Origin: Candidatus Hydrogenedentota bacterium | GTDB taxonomy: Bacteria > Hydrogenedentota > Hydrogenedentia > Hydrogenedentales > SLHB01 | Length of the DNA: 64,000 bases | Reading direction: 5' to 3' | Assembly: GCA_963745075.1 (NCBI GenBank) | Contig: CAVUWV010000031.1 | Span: 224,001 to 288,000, forward strand | Part shown: positions 29,877 through 40,371 of the stretch, in pieces | Layout: each line of letters starts with the position of its first letter | How positions within the stretch are numbered: position 1 is the stretch's first letter | Translations under genes and position numbers: made by a program | The notes under the pieces: generated by a model | Told to the model about the DNA's origin: nothing | Database searches by the model: none | What the model saw: the letters and a program-made list of their open reading frames with translations, nothing else

Positions 29877-31831
29877 ATCCAGGCCCTCCTGCTATACACC
29901 CACCATTCCAAGGCCAACACGGCAATCGCTCCGGCCACCAGCCACCGCCACAATTCGCGCGTCTGGCGAACCCGGCCCCGCTCCGCTTCAAAGTCACCGC
30001 CGCCGATGGAAAGGGCGTCGGCCGGCGTTACGGCAGACTCGGTGCGGTCGAGGAGATTTACGGCGTACTCCTCCTTCTCGTCCCCATAGTTAACGGTGTA
30101 GAGGCCCGTGCGTTCCGTTCCGCTGAAGTACGTTCTCCGTAACGGATCCAATGCCACTGTTTCGAGTTCTCCGTCGGGCCGGGTAACCGTCGCGGAATCA
30201 GTATCCGGACGCGAAACAAGGGTAAAGGGCCGTCCTGCGGACACGGAAGTTTCTTCGGCCAGGGCGGTGCGCGGTACCCATGAAAGCAGATTCTGAAAGA
30301 ACAATGGGTACGACAGGTTTAATGGCCAGTCGGAATTCGCGATGTCGAAGGCGATAAGCGCTATGCGTTGCCCGCCTTGCGAGATGTCCGCGATCAGCGG
30401 CGCACCGGCGGTGGAAACGACCGTGCGCGCGCCTTCGGGAAGTGTCACGTTGAGCGCCTGACGAACACCGACGTTGCCGGGATTCAGGTTGAAGCGCATC
30501 AGCGGGTGTTCGGAATCCGTCGCGATGACCGGCGGGTTATCAATCGTTCCGTCCGCGGTCAGTCCCTCCATCTCGGGGAGTGCGTTAATGAAGACCAAGG
30601 TCCCGCCCGGCATCGACTTGGGCGCAAATCCGTAGAAGATGGAGAGGTCGTAGTCGTTGCTTGCGGCGTACTGTTCCGGGGCGATCGTGCTGAGTTCCAC
30701 GCGCGGGTCGGGCGTGAGGACGCGCTGCAAAAAGTACGTACCGGGCGCGTCGGCGTCTGCGACAAGTAACACGCGTATCATGGCGGTAGGCCGCAGGGTC
30801 AGCCAGGCCGAATTGTCTACGGCCAATGCGTCGTCGTGGTCGACTACCGCTTTCAATACGCCGGTGCCCAGCTCGGGGTGGCTAAAGACCAGTTCCCGAT
30901 CCGATTTTGCCGGAATTTCGAGTTCTTCCACTGCCAATACGGCATCGTTGAACGTGAGGGTAACGGTCGTCGCCAACGGCTCGGGCGATTCGTTGTGGAC
31001 CAACACAAAACTCTGCTTCTCGCCGGGCTGCCCTTGTTCCGGCTCCCGAACGCTGAAGGCCACGATGCCCGCGTTGTTCGAGGCCGATCCGACTTCGAGA
31101 TACGTGAGATCGTAGCCGCGCGCGCGGGCCTCGGTGGAGGTGTCGGCGACTTCGCGGACTTCGCCGAAGTTTCGAGGTCCGATTTCATCGAGATCGCCGA
31201 TGCCGCCGTCGCTGATGACGACGGCATGTAGATCGGAAACGGTCAAGCGCAACGAATGGGCGACGAGATACGCGTCGCGCAAGCGCGTACGCGTATCCGA
31301 CGGATCGATGCCGTCAATGGCATTGCGAAGTCGGGCGCGGTCGTCGGTCAGTTCGCAGCGAACATCCGAGTTCTCCGCAAAAGTGATGACCATCATCTTG
31401 TCACCCTTCTGCATTTCGTCCACCATGCGGAGGGCCTCGTCTTTGGCCATGTCGAGCCGGGTGCGGTCGCCTTCGCGCGTTTGCATGCTGGCGGAGCGAT
31501 CGATGAGCAGACACAGGTTGCGCCCGGCCGCGCCTTCTGCGCGGAAGAAGGGCCTCGCCAGCGCCAGGACCGTTAGGAGCAGGATGAGTATCTGAAGCAA
31601 GAGCAACAGGTTTCGGCGCAGTCGCTGAAACGGCGCGTTGGCCGTCAGATCCTGGAGGCTCTTCATCCAAAGCAAGGTGCTGGCGATGACCACGCGCGTG
31701 CGGCGCAGTTTTAAGAGGTACAGGAGAATCACGACCGGGATCAGCCACAGAAAATACAGGAAGGCCGGGGCAAGGAACGCCTGTTGCAGCGTGTTGGCGA
31801 TGTTCTGTGTGAAGCCACCGGTCGGATTCAT
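29873..31831 (-). CDS. BatA-like N-terminus + vWA domain protein
   Basis: PVVILLYLLKLRR..STLLW, LALARP, MIDAS LIDRSASM, VISDG, NLLDRTES, C-terminal LALEWW TM. Confidence 0.88.
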   Translation of the reverse strand: MNPTGGFTQNIANTLQQAFLAPAFLYFLWLIPVVILLYLLKLRRTRVVIASTLLWMKSLQDLTANAPFQRLRRNLLLLLQILILLLTVLALARPFFRAEGAAGRNLCLLIDRSASMQTREGDRTRLDMAKDEALRMVDEMQKGDKMMVITFAENSDVRCELTDDRARLRNAIDGIDPSDTRTRLRDAYLVAHSLRLTVSDLHAVVISDGGIGDLDEIGPRNFGEVREVADTSTEARARGYDLTYLEVGSASNNAGIVAFSVREPEQGQPGEKQSFVLVHNESPEPLATTVTLTFNDAVLAVEELEIPAKSDRELVFSHPELGTGVLKAVVDHDDALAVDNSAWLTLRPTAMIRVLLVADADAPGTYFLQRVLTPDPRVELSTIAPEQYAASNDYDLSIFYGFAPKSMPGGTLVFINALPEMEGLTADGTIDNPPVIATDSEHPLMRFNLNPGNVGVRQALNVTLPEGARTVVSTAGAPLIADISQGGQRIALIAFDIANSDWPLNLSYPLFFQNLLSWVPRTALAEETSVSAGRPFTLVSRPDTDSATVTRPDGELETVALDPLRRTYFSGTERTGLYTVNYGDEKEEYAVNLLDRTESAVTPADALSIGGGDFEAERGRVRQTRELWRWLVAGAIAVLALEWWVYSRRAWI

Positions 31832-32727
31832 CGCAACATACCCCCCGAACGCAACACGTCGAGGGTCAACCGCTCGAAAGGCCCGTCGCTGGGCGCGAAA
31901 ATGTATCCAATGTCGCGCGCGAGACAGTAACGACGGATAGCCTCGCAGAAGCCCGTCAGGTTCTCCTTGTACTTCTTGATCAACGCCGGACTTGCGGATA
32001 CTTCCACATGGGTATCGGTTTCGCTATCCAGGAGGCGCAGGTCCCCCGTCACCGCGGGATCGATTTCGGCCCGCGACAAGACGTGAATGGCGTAACAGTC
32101 GGAGCCCGATTGGCGCAACCGGCGCAAGCACCCTTCAAAGCCTTCCGGATCCAGGAAATCGGAGAGTAGTACCGCTACGCCTTTCGCGCGGTTGCGGATC
32201 ACATAGGCTCGCGTCGATTGCTCCAGTTGCGTGCCGCCGTCCGCGGACATAGACGACATGAAATCGAGCAGCTTGTGGGCCGACGCTTTGCCGCGGCAGG
32301 GGAGCAATCGTTGCGTGCCTGCGCCGGAAAAGGCTTCCGCGGAGACACGGTCGTACCCGACCAATCCGATGTACCCGATAGCCGCGGCGAGCTTGGCGGC
32401 AAACTGAATCTTGGGTGGCGCGCCGAATCCCATCGATTTACTCGCGTCAATCAGCAAGTGAACGGTGAGGTCCTCATGTTCCTGAAACAACTTCAAATAC
32501 AATGCGCCGAGGCGTCCGTAGATGTTCCAGTCGACGTGCCGGAGATCGTCGCCCTGGACGTAGTCCCGGTAATCGGCGAACTCGACACTGCTGCCCTTGC
32601 GCTTGCTTTTGCGTTCCCCTTTTGCGACGCCGAGTTGCACCCGGCGGGCGGAAATGGAGAGCCGCTCCAACTTTCGGATGAAGTCGGGCTCCAGCAAGAG
32701 GTCTGACGATGTGTTGTCTGCGGCCAT
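31828..32727 (-). CDS. DUF58 family protein
   Basis: GSSVEFADYRDYVQGDDLRHVDWN, LIDASKSM, LLSDFL, LLDSET. Confidence 0.95.
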   Translation of the reverse strand: MAADNTSSDLLLEPDFIRKLERLSISARRVQLGVAKGERKSKRKGSSVEFADYRDYVQGDDLRHVDWNIYGRLGALYLKLFQEHEDLTVHLLIDASKSMGFGAPPKIQFAAKLAAAIGYIGLVGYDRVSAEAFSGAGTQRLLPCRGKASAHKLLDFMSSMSADGGTQLEQSTRAYVIRNRAKGVAVLLSDFLDPEGFEGCLRRLRQSGSDCYAIHVLSRAEIDPAVTGDLRLLDSETDTHVEVSASPALIKKYKENLTGFCEAIRRYCLARDIGYIFAPSDGPFERLTLDVLRSGGMLR

Positions 32728-32740
32728 CGATATGTCCGTG

Positions 32741-33740
<1,000 letters not shown>

Positions 33741-33778
33741 GTCGTATCTCCCTGGAATCGTCTGGTTCGACCACTATC

Positions 33779-36731
33779 TCACGAGGGGTTCTCGTTGTCG
33801 TCCTTCGGCTTCTTGCGACCTCGCTTTTCCAATGCACGCTCCTTCGCCGCCAGGAGTTGCCGCGTATAGTCGATCTGCATCTCCGGTTTGGGCGCGGGTT
33901 CCGCTTCCGGTTCGGGCTCGTGGACGTCCGCAAGCACGCCTTCCGGCACGGCCGTGTCGCCGGGCATGTCCAGTCCCGACGATGAGTACAGCATACCGCG
34001 CGAGGGCCGTGTGGCGGCGCCATAGGCACCCGTCGCACGGACCCTGCGCTCTTTTGGTTTGGGCATGAACCGGTTCACGCCCGGTATACGGCGAAGCAAG
34101 GCGGCGATCCATACGAAGACCACGCTGAAATCCACCACCACGCGGCGCACGAAGATTTCGACCGGAAACGCGCACGCCGCGAACGCCGCCAAGTACGGCC
34201 ATACCGGCGTGATGGTCGGCGTAATCTCCAGATTATGTTGGAACGGGTTGTCGGTGGGTGCCAGCACCTTGCCGCCGCCGGTCGCTGCGAGTCTGGTCGA
34301 GGAGGGCAAGGTTTGTCGTGTTGTGTTCGTATTCCTTGGAGTAGTTCATCGCCAACCCGGTCGGAATCATGCCCTGTGAACCGTCTGGGCGGGTGTACAC
34401 GATGTTGACCATGTACATGCCAGGATTGTCGAGTGGGAAGGTGCCTTCGTAGATGCCGGGTCCCGTCTGGCTCAATGTCAAATCGGCGCGCGTGAAGTCC
34501 GGGGCGGGACCGGTCACGACACCCTCGGGCCGCAGGAAATTGACGAAATGTCCCTGGTCGTCCACAGCGTCAATGCGCACGTACCCTTTGCCATCGCGAA
34601 CGCGGGTTTCGACGGTGAAGTTGGACGGCGCGGTCTCGCGCAAGGTCCAGCGCACGGCTTGCGACCAGAAGCGGTTGAACCCGTCCCACTGGATCCAGTC
34701 CGCCGCCCACCGGTTGGTGACGTCGGACGTAAAGGCAACGGACTTGCCGAGACCGTAGCGCCATTGGGCCAACACGGGATCGTCCTCGTGCGAGACGAGC
34801 GAGACGATGGAATTCTCTTTCGGGGTGGTCGCGACGTAGCCAAGCAGCGGCGGCAAGTCGTCCGGACGGAGCCCGCGCAGGATTTCGCTGTCGTACTGTG
34901 GGCGTGGCGTGAAAGGCTCCTCGATCAGCATGGCACGCTTCACCACGGCGGCTTCTTTAGTGAAAATCTGGGGCAGCTTCGCGGGGTTATTTACGAAGTA
35001 GTAGTTCCCGCCGGTGTTGTACGCAATCCATTTCAGCATATCCTGGTCGTTGCTACGATGCGGGTTGATGCAAACCGTACTCACGGCTATAGACGCTGCG
35101 GCCAACTTTTTGAGCAGTCCCATAGTCGGCGGACCGGGGTCTCCGTCTGAAATGATGATTATACGTTTCACCGATGCGGTGCATTCCGGGGCGGCCAATG
35201 CGTCGTAGGCCATTTGCAGCGTGCCTTCCACACCGGGCATGTCGCCGATCTGGGTCGTGTTAAGGGCCGCCCGCATCATGGTCTTGTCGCCGACGAGTTG
35301 CAGTTCGTACAGCCAGGACTCGCCGGCCTGCCAGTCGTAGGCAAGGGCTCCCATCAAGTCCTGGCTGGACAGTACGTCCAGCGCGGCCAAGGCGATCTTG
35401 CGTGCCCAGGCGTTGCCGTCGGGGAATTCGCAGGTGTGCAGGATTAGAACAAGCGCGCCCTGCGGCATGACCTTCCGTTGTTTCAAATCCATGCTGACGG
35501 GCAGCGCTCGCTCCACGGGCGAATTGAAGTACCCGCCGGGGCCGAAGGAATCCGGGCCGCCGATCATGACCAGCCCCACGCCGAGGTCGCGCACCATGGC
35601 TTCCAACGCGTTGAGCTGATCGGTGGAAAGGTCGGTCGCACTGACATCCGACAGGACGACCGAGTCGTAATTCTGGAGTTGGGCCAAGGTGCCGGGCATG
35701 GAACCGACGTCGGTCCGGACGACGTTGACGCCCTCCTCTTCTAACGCCGGTTGCAGGAAGCGGCTGTGCTCGGGGTCGGCGTCGACGTACAGGACGGTCG
35801 GTTCTCCTTGAATGATCGTGAATGCGCGGCCCTCGTTGTTGGCGGCGATCGTGTCGGAATCCGCTTCAACGATCGCTTCGTATTCGTAAAATCCAGATGT
35901 GCCGAGTTCCTGGGGCATCAGAAACGCGTTATCACCCCTCTGTAGTGTCACCTTTGCCGACTGCAGGAGACGCGCGCCCTCGCGCACGCGTTGATAGAGG
36001 CGCAGCGTAGCATCGGTGTCGTGATCGGATTCCACGACCACCTGCAACTTGAAGGGTTCGTCGGTGTTGACGTGACTGGGGGCCGTGACTTCGCGCACCC
36101 GCACTTCTCCGCTGCCGCCGGTGCGGACGGGAATCACGTCGACGGCCGCACCGCTGGCTCGCGCAAGTTTCGTCTCCTCCAATGACGAGCCGCGCGTCTC
36201 GTTACCGTCGGACAACAGAACGATACGGCGCATGTACCCCTGCGGGAAAGCAGCCAAGGCGAGCCGAATCGCCGCCGCCATATCGGTCTGCTCGCCGCCG
36301 ACAAAGGATTGGACTTGGTTCAATTCCAGGGTCTTGCCGACGGTCAACTCGATGCTGGGTTCCTCGCCAAATGCGATGACTCCCGCTTCGTCCTTTTCGG
36401 TCATAAACGCATCACTCAAGCGCTTGACGGTAGCTTCGGACGCAATGCGCTGTTCCTCGGGGATGCTGTTGGACCGGTCGAGCAGAAAGAAGACAGCCAG
36501 CCGGTCGTTGACCTTGACCAACTCCGCGCCTGCGAGGGCGGCGATCAGACTGAGAAGGATCGCAACGCGGAGTATGATAGCAGTCCATTTCCGGCCGCGG
36601 GCGAGCGAACGGATTTGCATGCCCGCCCAGATGGACCACGGAATCAGAACCAGCAATACCAGGCCCCAGGGATGCGCGAACCGTAAGGATACCACGTTCG
36701 CGAGCCACCCTCCCTGGAGGAAATCGCTCAT
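33779..36731 (-). CDS. vWA / GATase1-like multidomain membrane protein, frameshifted near 34305
   Basis: N-terminal TMs, LLDRSNSI, LLSDGNET, GLVMIGGPDSFGPGGY, second vWA (IISDG), WRYGLGKSVAFTSD; C-terminus LAATGG..PVEIFVRR in ORF 33779..34309. Confidence 0.85.
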
Positions 36732-37651
36732 GCGAGATCCTCCAAACGAAACCGTTGAATCCGGTCGTTATCCGTATCCGCGACAAAGAAGTATCCGTTG
36801 GGACTAATCGTCACACCACGCGGCGCCGCGAATTCACCGGGGCCTCGACCGGCACGGCCGAACGTGGAAAGGAAGTCGCCGGTGGTGGTGAACCGGGACA
36901 GACGGTTGTTGCCATATTCGCAGATCAGCAACGTCTCGTTTGGACCGACAGCGATATCGTGGGGGAACTTGAGCTGTCCGTCCTCGGTACCCGGTCCGCC
37001 GATGACGCGGATGAAGTCGCCTTCCAAGGTGAAACACTGGACGCGGTGGTTGGCCGTGTCGCATACGAAGACCTTGCCACCGCAGAGCGTGAGAGACATG
37101 GCGCGCGAGAACTCACCGGGCTGGTCCCCATGCTGCCCCCATTGCCGGAGGAAATGACGATCCGCGTCGAACATGTGCATCCGTTCCGCACCTTGGCCGT
37201 ACTCGGAAATAATATAGCCACCGTCGGCGGCCTGCACGATATCAGTGGGGTAGATGAACTGGTCTTCGCCGGTGCCGTATTCGCCCCACTGCTGCAGGAT
37301 TTCACCCTGGGGCGTGTACTCCAAGATGCGGCTGTAATGCGTATCGGGGATCAGCAAATGGCCATCCGATGCAAATGCGATGCCCGTGGGCGTGCCGTTT
37401 TCGTACTCGGGCATAATCCAACCGCGAAGATACTTGCCGTCGTGCGAGAAGATCTGCATGCGCCCGGAGGTGTCAATGACGTAAACTTCGTCGTTCGCGG
37501 CCGCGATGGCACGGGGACGCCGGAACTCGCCGTCCCGCGTGCCGGAATGGCCCCAGGCAATCCAATCGCCGGGACCGGACGATCGGACACCGCACGCCGA
37601 AAGAAAAGACGCACCGGACAGGACCAGGAACTCTCGTCGCGAACACCGCAT
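36728..37651 (-). CDS. NHL-repeat beta-propeller, probable Tat lipoprotein
   Basis: MRCSRREFL...FLSAC; repeats GEFRRPRAI, DTANHRVQ, GQLKFPHDI, DTDNDRIQ. Confidence 0.88.
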   Translation of the reverse strand: MRCSRREFLVLSGASFLSACGVRSSGPGDWIAWGHSGTRDGEFRRPRAIAAANDEVYVIDTSGRMQIFSHDGKYLRGWIMPEYENGTPTGIAFASDGHLLIPDTHYSRILEYTPQGEILQQWGEYGTGEDQFIYPTDIVQAADGGYIISEYGQGAERMHMFDADRHFLRQWGQHGDQPGEFSRAMSLTLCGGKVFVCDTANHRVQCFTLEGDFIRVIGGPGTEDGQLKFPHDIAVGPNETLLICEYGNNRLSRFTTTGDFLSTFGRAGRGPGEFAAPRGVTISPNGYFFVADTDNDRIQRFRLEDLA

Positions 37652-37706
37652 CCGGACACGCCATTTCGTCGCCCGACCCCTGCGCGATGCTTCCCCCATG
37701 GGCCGC

Positions 37707-39230
37707 CTATTCTCCCGATGCCGGGTCTGTTCTCTGTTCTGTGGCCGACTCCGGCTCGAGCGAACCAAAGTATTGGCGGACGAACTCTCGTGAACCGGGA
37801 GGGATCTCTTCGCGCGTCAGGGCCTCTTCCGCCTGCTGTTTCACTTGAACCAACGCCTGCTCGGAATACTCGACCGTCGAGTCTGCACCTTCCGATGGTG
37901 CTGCGCGCTGCATAATGGAGGCGAGAATCTTGCCTTTGGTCATGTCGCCGGGGAGCATCTTCGGATCGTACGAGGCGTTCACGTCGGGCAGTTCACCAAT
38001 CTGATTCCCCCGGCCCCGGCCGGGACCGCGCAGTCCGTAGGGTCCGACGGCAAATTTACTTCCGCTGCAGGTCCCTTTGCAGATCCCCTGGCATTCGGCA
38101 CAGTACAGTTTCTTTTCGCACTCGGAGCATTTCAGTTGCGCGAGCCGGAGTTTTTCCATTTGCGCCATGAGCGACTTCAAATCATCGAGGGAAAGGTCCA
38201 GCTTTTCGAGCGCCGCCTGAAGCGCGGCTTTGTCATCCATCTTGAGACCGGCCGCGATGTCGGCCAGGGCTTCGCCCAACATCGAGTCTTTGCCACCGAG
38301 CATCTTGGCGAGTTCGTTCAGATCGCTTTCGAGTTGATCCTGGGATTCCTGGCTGAGTTCGCCCGCCTTCAGCTTTTGCATGAGTTCCTGAAGTTTTTCG
38401 CCGGCCTTTCCGAAGTCACCATTCTGAATGTTGTTGGCGACGTCCTTTGCCATCGACAGTTTGGCCGTATCACCGTTGAGTTTCGGTATGGGCGTTTCCG
38501 CCGCCAGTTTCTCCCGTTCCTGTTCCAGGAGCTTAGCCAGATTGGCGAGCCGCGCCACCGCCTGCTTCTCCGTAACTTGGCCGGCTTCCAATCCTTCGGC
38601 GATACGCTCAACGCCTTCGGCGATTCCCTCAAACTTGCCGTCCACCGGCGCGGGCAGTTCGCGCAGCGGTTGGACCGCGGCCAGTAATCGCTCCGCCTCG
38701 ACGCGGACGGCAGTATCCCGGGCTTTGGCTTCGGCCTGGCGTTCGCGGAAATTGAAGAGGTCGAACTCAGGCAGCAGCACGTAACCGAGCAAGAACAAAA
38801 CAAGCGGAATGGCCAGCCACCGGATAGCCCGCGGGGTTGCGAAAGGGAATTCGCGGCGCACATCCAGCCGCGCCAATTGGGTACGGGCGTCGGCGTGCAA
38901 CTCGCGCACCATGGGCGCATCGGAATCCGCCAGTTCCAACGAACTGGTGATGCGTTCCTTGAGCCCCAATCGCCGGTCGGCCTCCAGCGCCGTATTCAGC
39001 AGCGAGGGCCGTTTCCAGGCCGTCCAGATCGTCGCACCTACGACAGCCGCAACGGCGAATGTCGCCGCAACAAGCTCACTACCGCCCAACGCAGGGAACA
39101 GGCGCGTGAGCAGGAGCCAAACGAGGGAGGCGATCGATGCGGCGATCAATGCGTTGACGGTGAAACGGGTCCAGCGCGTGATCAGCAGCCGTCGGCGAAT
39201 GGTATGCAGTGCGGTCACCAAGGGATCCAT
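37707..39230 (-). CDS. Membrane-anchored coiled-coil protein (MoxR-operon accessory)
   Basis: TM pair, ADRRLGLKERITSSLE, long coiled coil, Cys cluster, IPPGSREFVRQYF C-terminal motif. Confidence 0.78.
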   Translation of the reverse strand: MDPLVTALHTIRRRLLITRWTRFTVNALIAASIASLVWLLLTRLFPALGGSELVAATFAVAAVVGATIWTAWKRPSLLNTALEADRRLGLKERITSSLELADSDAPMVRELHADARTQLARLDVRREFPFATPRAIRWLAIPLVLFLLGYVLLPEFDLFNFRERQAEAKARDTAVRVEAERLLAAVQPLRELPAPVDGKFEGIAEGVERIAEGLEAGQVTEKQAVARLANLAKLLEQEREKLAAETPIPKLNGDTAKLSMAKDVANNIQNGDFGKAGEKLQELMQKLKAGELSQESQDQLESDLNELAKMLGGKDSMLGEALADIAAGLKMDDKAALQAALEKLDLSLDDLKSLMAQMEKLRLAQLKCSECEKKLYCAECQGICKGTCSGSKFAVGPYGLRGPGRGRGNQIGELPDVNASYDPKMLPGDMTKGKILASIMQRAAPSEGADSTVEYSEQALVQVKQQAEEALTREEIPPGSREFVRQYFGSLEPESATEQRTDPASGE

Positions 39231-39409
39231 TTCGGCACCTTCCGGGTAAGTGGAAATTGCGCGCTCGCGGCGGCCTGTATCCGCGTTACCAGTATAGGGT
39301 ACGACTACGGGTTGTGACAACCAAGGCTTTTCAGAACCGGATGACCGAATCCTTGCACAGCGATCATTCAGCCATGCCGGTGGGACCTAAGATCTTGAAA
39401 TGGAGCGGC

Positions 39410-40363
39410 TTATGAGTTTTGTTGGCGATACCATTCCGCGAATTTGGCCAAGCCGTCGCGCATGCTGGTGGTGGGGTTGTATCCTAACATTTCCCGGGCC
39501 TTGCTGATGTCTGCAAAGGTCGCCTTCATGTCGGACGCTGGAAACGGTAACTCTCTGATAATCAGAGGCTTATCAAAGATTTCCGTGAGCAGATCGATGA
39601 GATCTTTCAAGCTGGTGGTATGACTCTCGCCCAGATTAAAGATCTCATACTCGAAAGGCGTGTCCACCGATTTCAGGATGCCATCGAGGATATCGTCGAT
39701 ATACGTGTAATCCCGGCGGGACGACCCGTCGCCGAACATGGGAAGGGGTTTGCCCTCGTGCAAGAGGCGGGTGAACATGTGGATGGCCATCTCCGGGCGT
39801 TGCCGGGGTCCGTACACGGTGAAGAATCGCAGCAGCGTCACTTTGAGTCCGTAAACGTGGTGGCACACGTGAGCCATGAGTTCGTTCATGCGTTTCGTGG
39901 CCGCGTAGGGGCTGACGGGCCGGTCACAGGTCATAGTTTCCCGGAATGGCGTTTCCGTGATGCCGCCGTAAACAGACGAACTGGACGCAAAGACGAGGTG
40001 GGATACGGGGTACGCGCGGCAGGCATCCAGAATGTGCTGCGAGCCGATGATGTTCACGCGATGATAGAGATTCGGATCTTCCAAGGACGGTCGTACCCCC
40101 GCCCGCGCCGCGAGGTGGACGACCACGTCAGGCCGCTCCTTTTCGAAAATCGCGTTCAACGCAGCCTCGTCCGTGATGTCGATTTCGTGCAACGAGAAGA
40201 GATGGCTTTCGGAGGCACCGGCAATATTGCGGCGTTTCACAGCCGGATCGTAGAACGAATCAAAGCAATCGATCCCGATGACCTGGTCGCCACGCGCCAG
40301 CAATGCATCGCACAGATTGGATCCGATGAATCCGGCCGCGCCGGTCACCAACACTTTTTTCAT
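39410..40363 (-). CDS. NAD-dependent nucleotide-sugar epimerase (UDP-glucuronate 4-epimerase-like)
   Basis: VTGAAGFIG, HLAARAGVRPS, ASSSSVYG, YAATK, RFFTVYGPRQRPEMA. Confidence 0.92.
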   Translation of the reverse strand: MKKVLVTGAAGFIGSNLCDALLARGDQVIGIDCFDSFYDPAVKRRNIAGASESHLFSLHEIDITDEAALNAIFEKERPDVVVHLAARAGVRPSLEDPNLYHRVNIIGSQHILDACRAYPVSHLVFASSSSVYGGITETPFRETMTCDRPVSPYAATKRMNELMAHVCHHVYGLKVTLLRFFTVYGPRQRPEMAIHMFTRLLHEGKPLPMFGDGSSRRDYTYIDDILDGILKSVDTPFEYEIFNLGESHTTSLKDLIDLLTEIFDKPLIIRELPFPASDMKATFADISKAREMLGYNPTTSMRDGLAKFAEWYRQQNS

Positions 40364-40371
40364 GAAACTTC

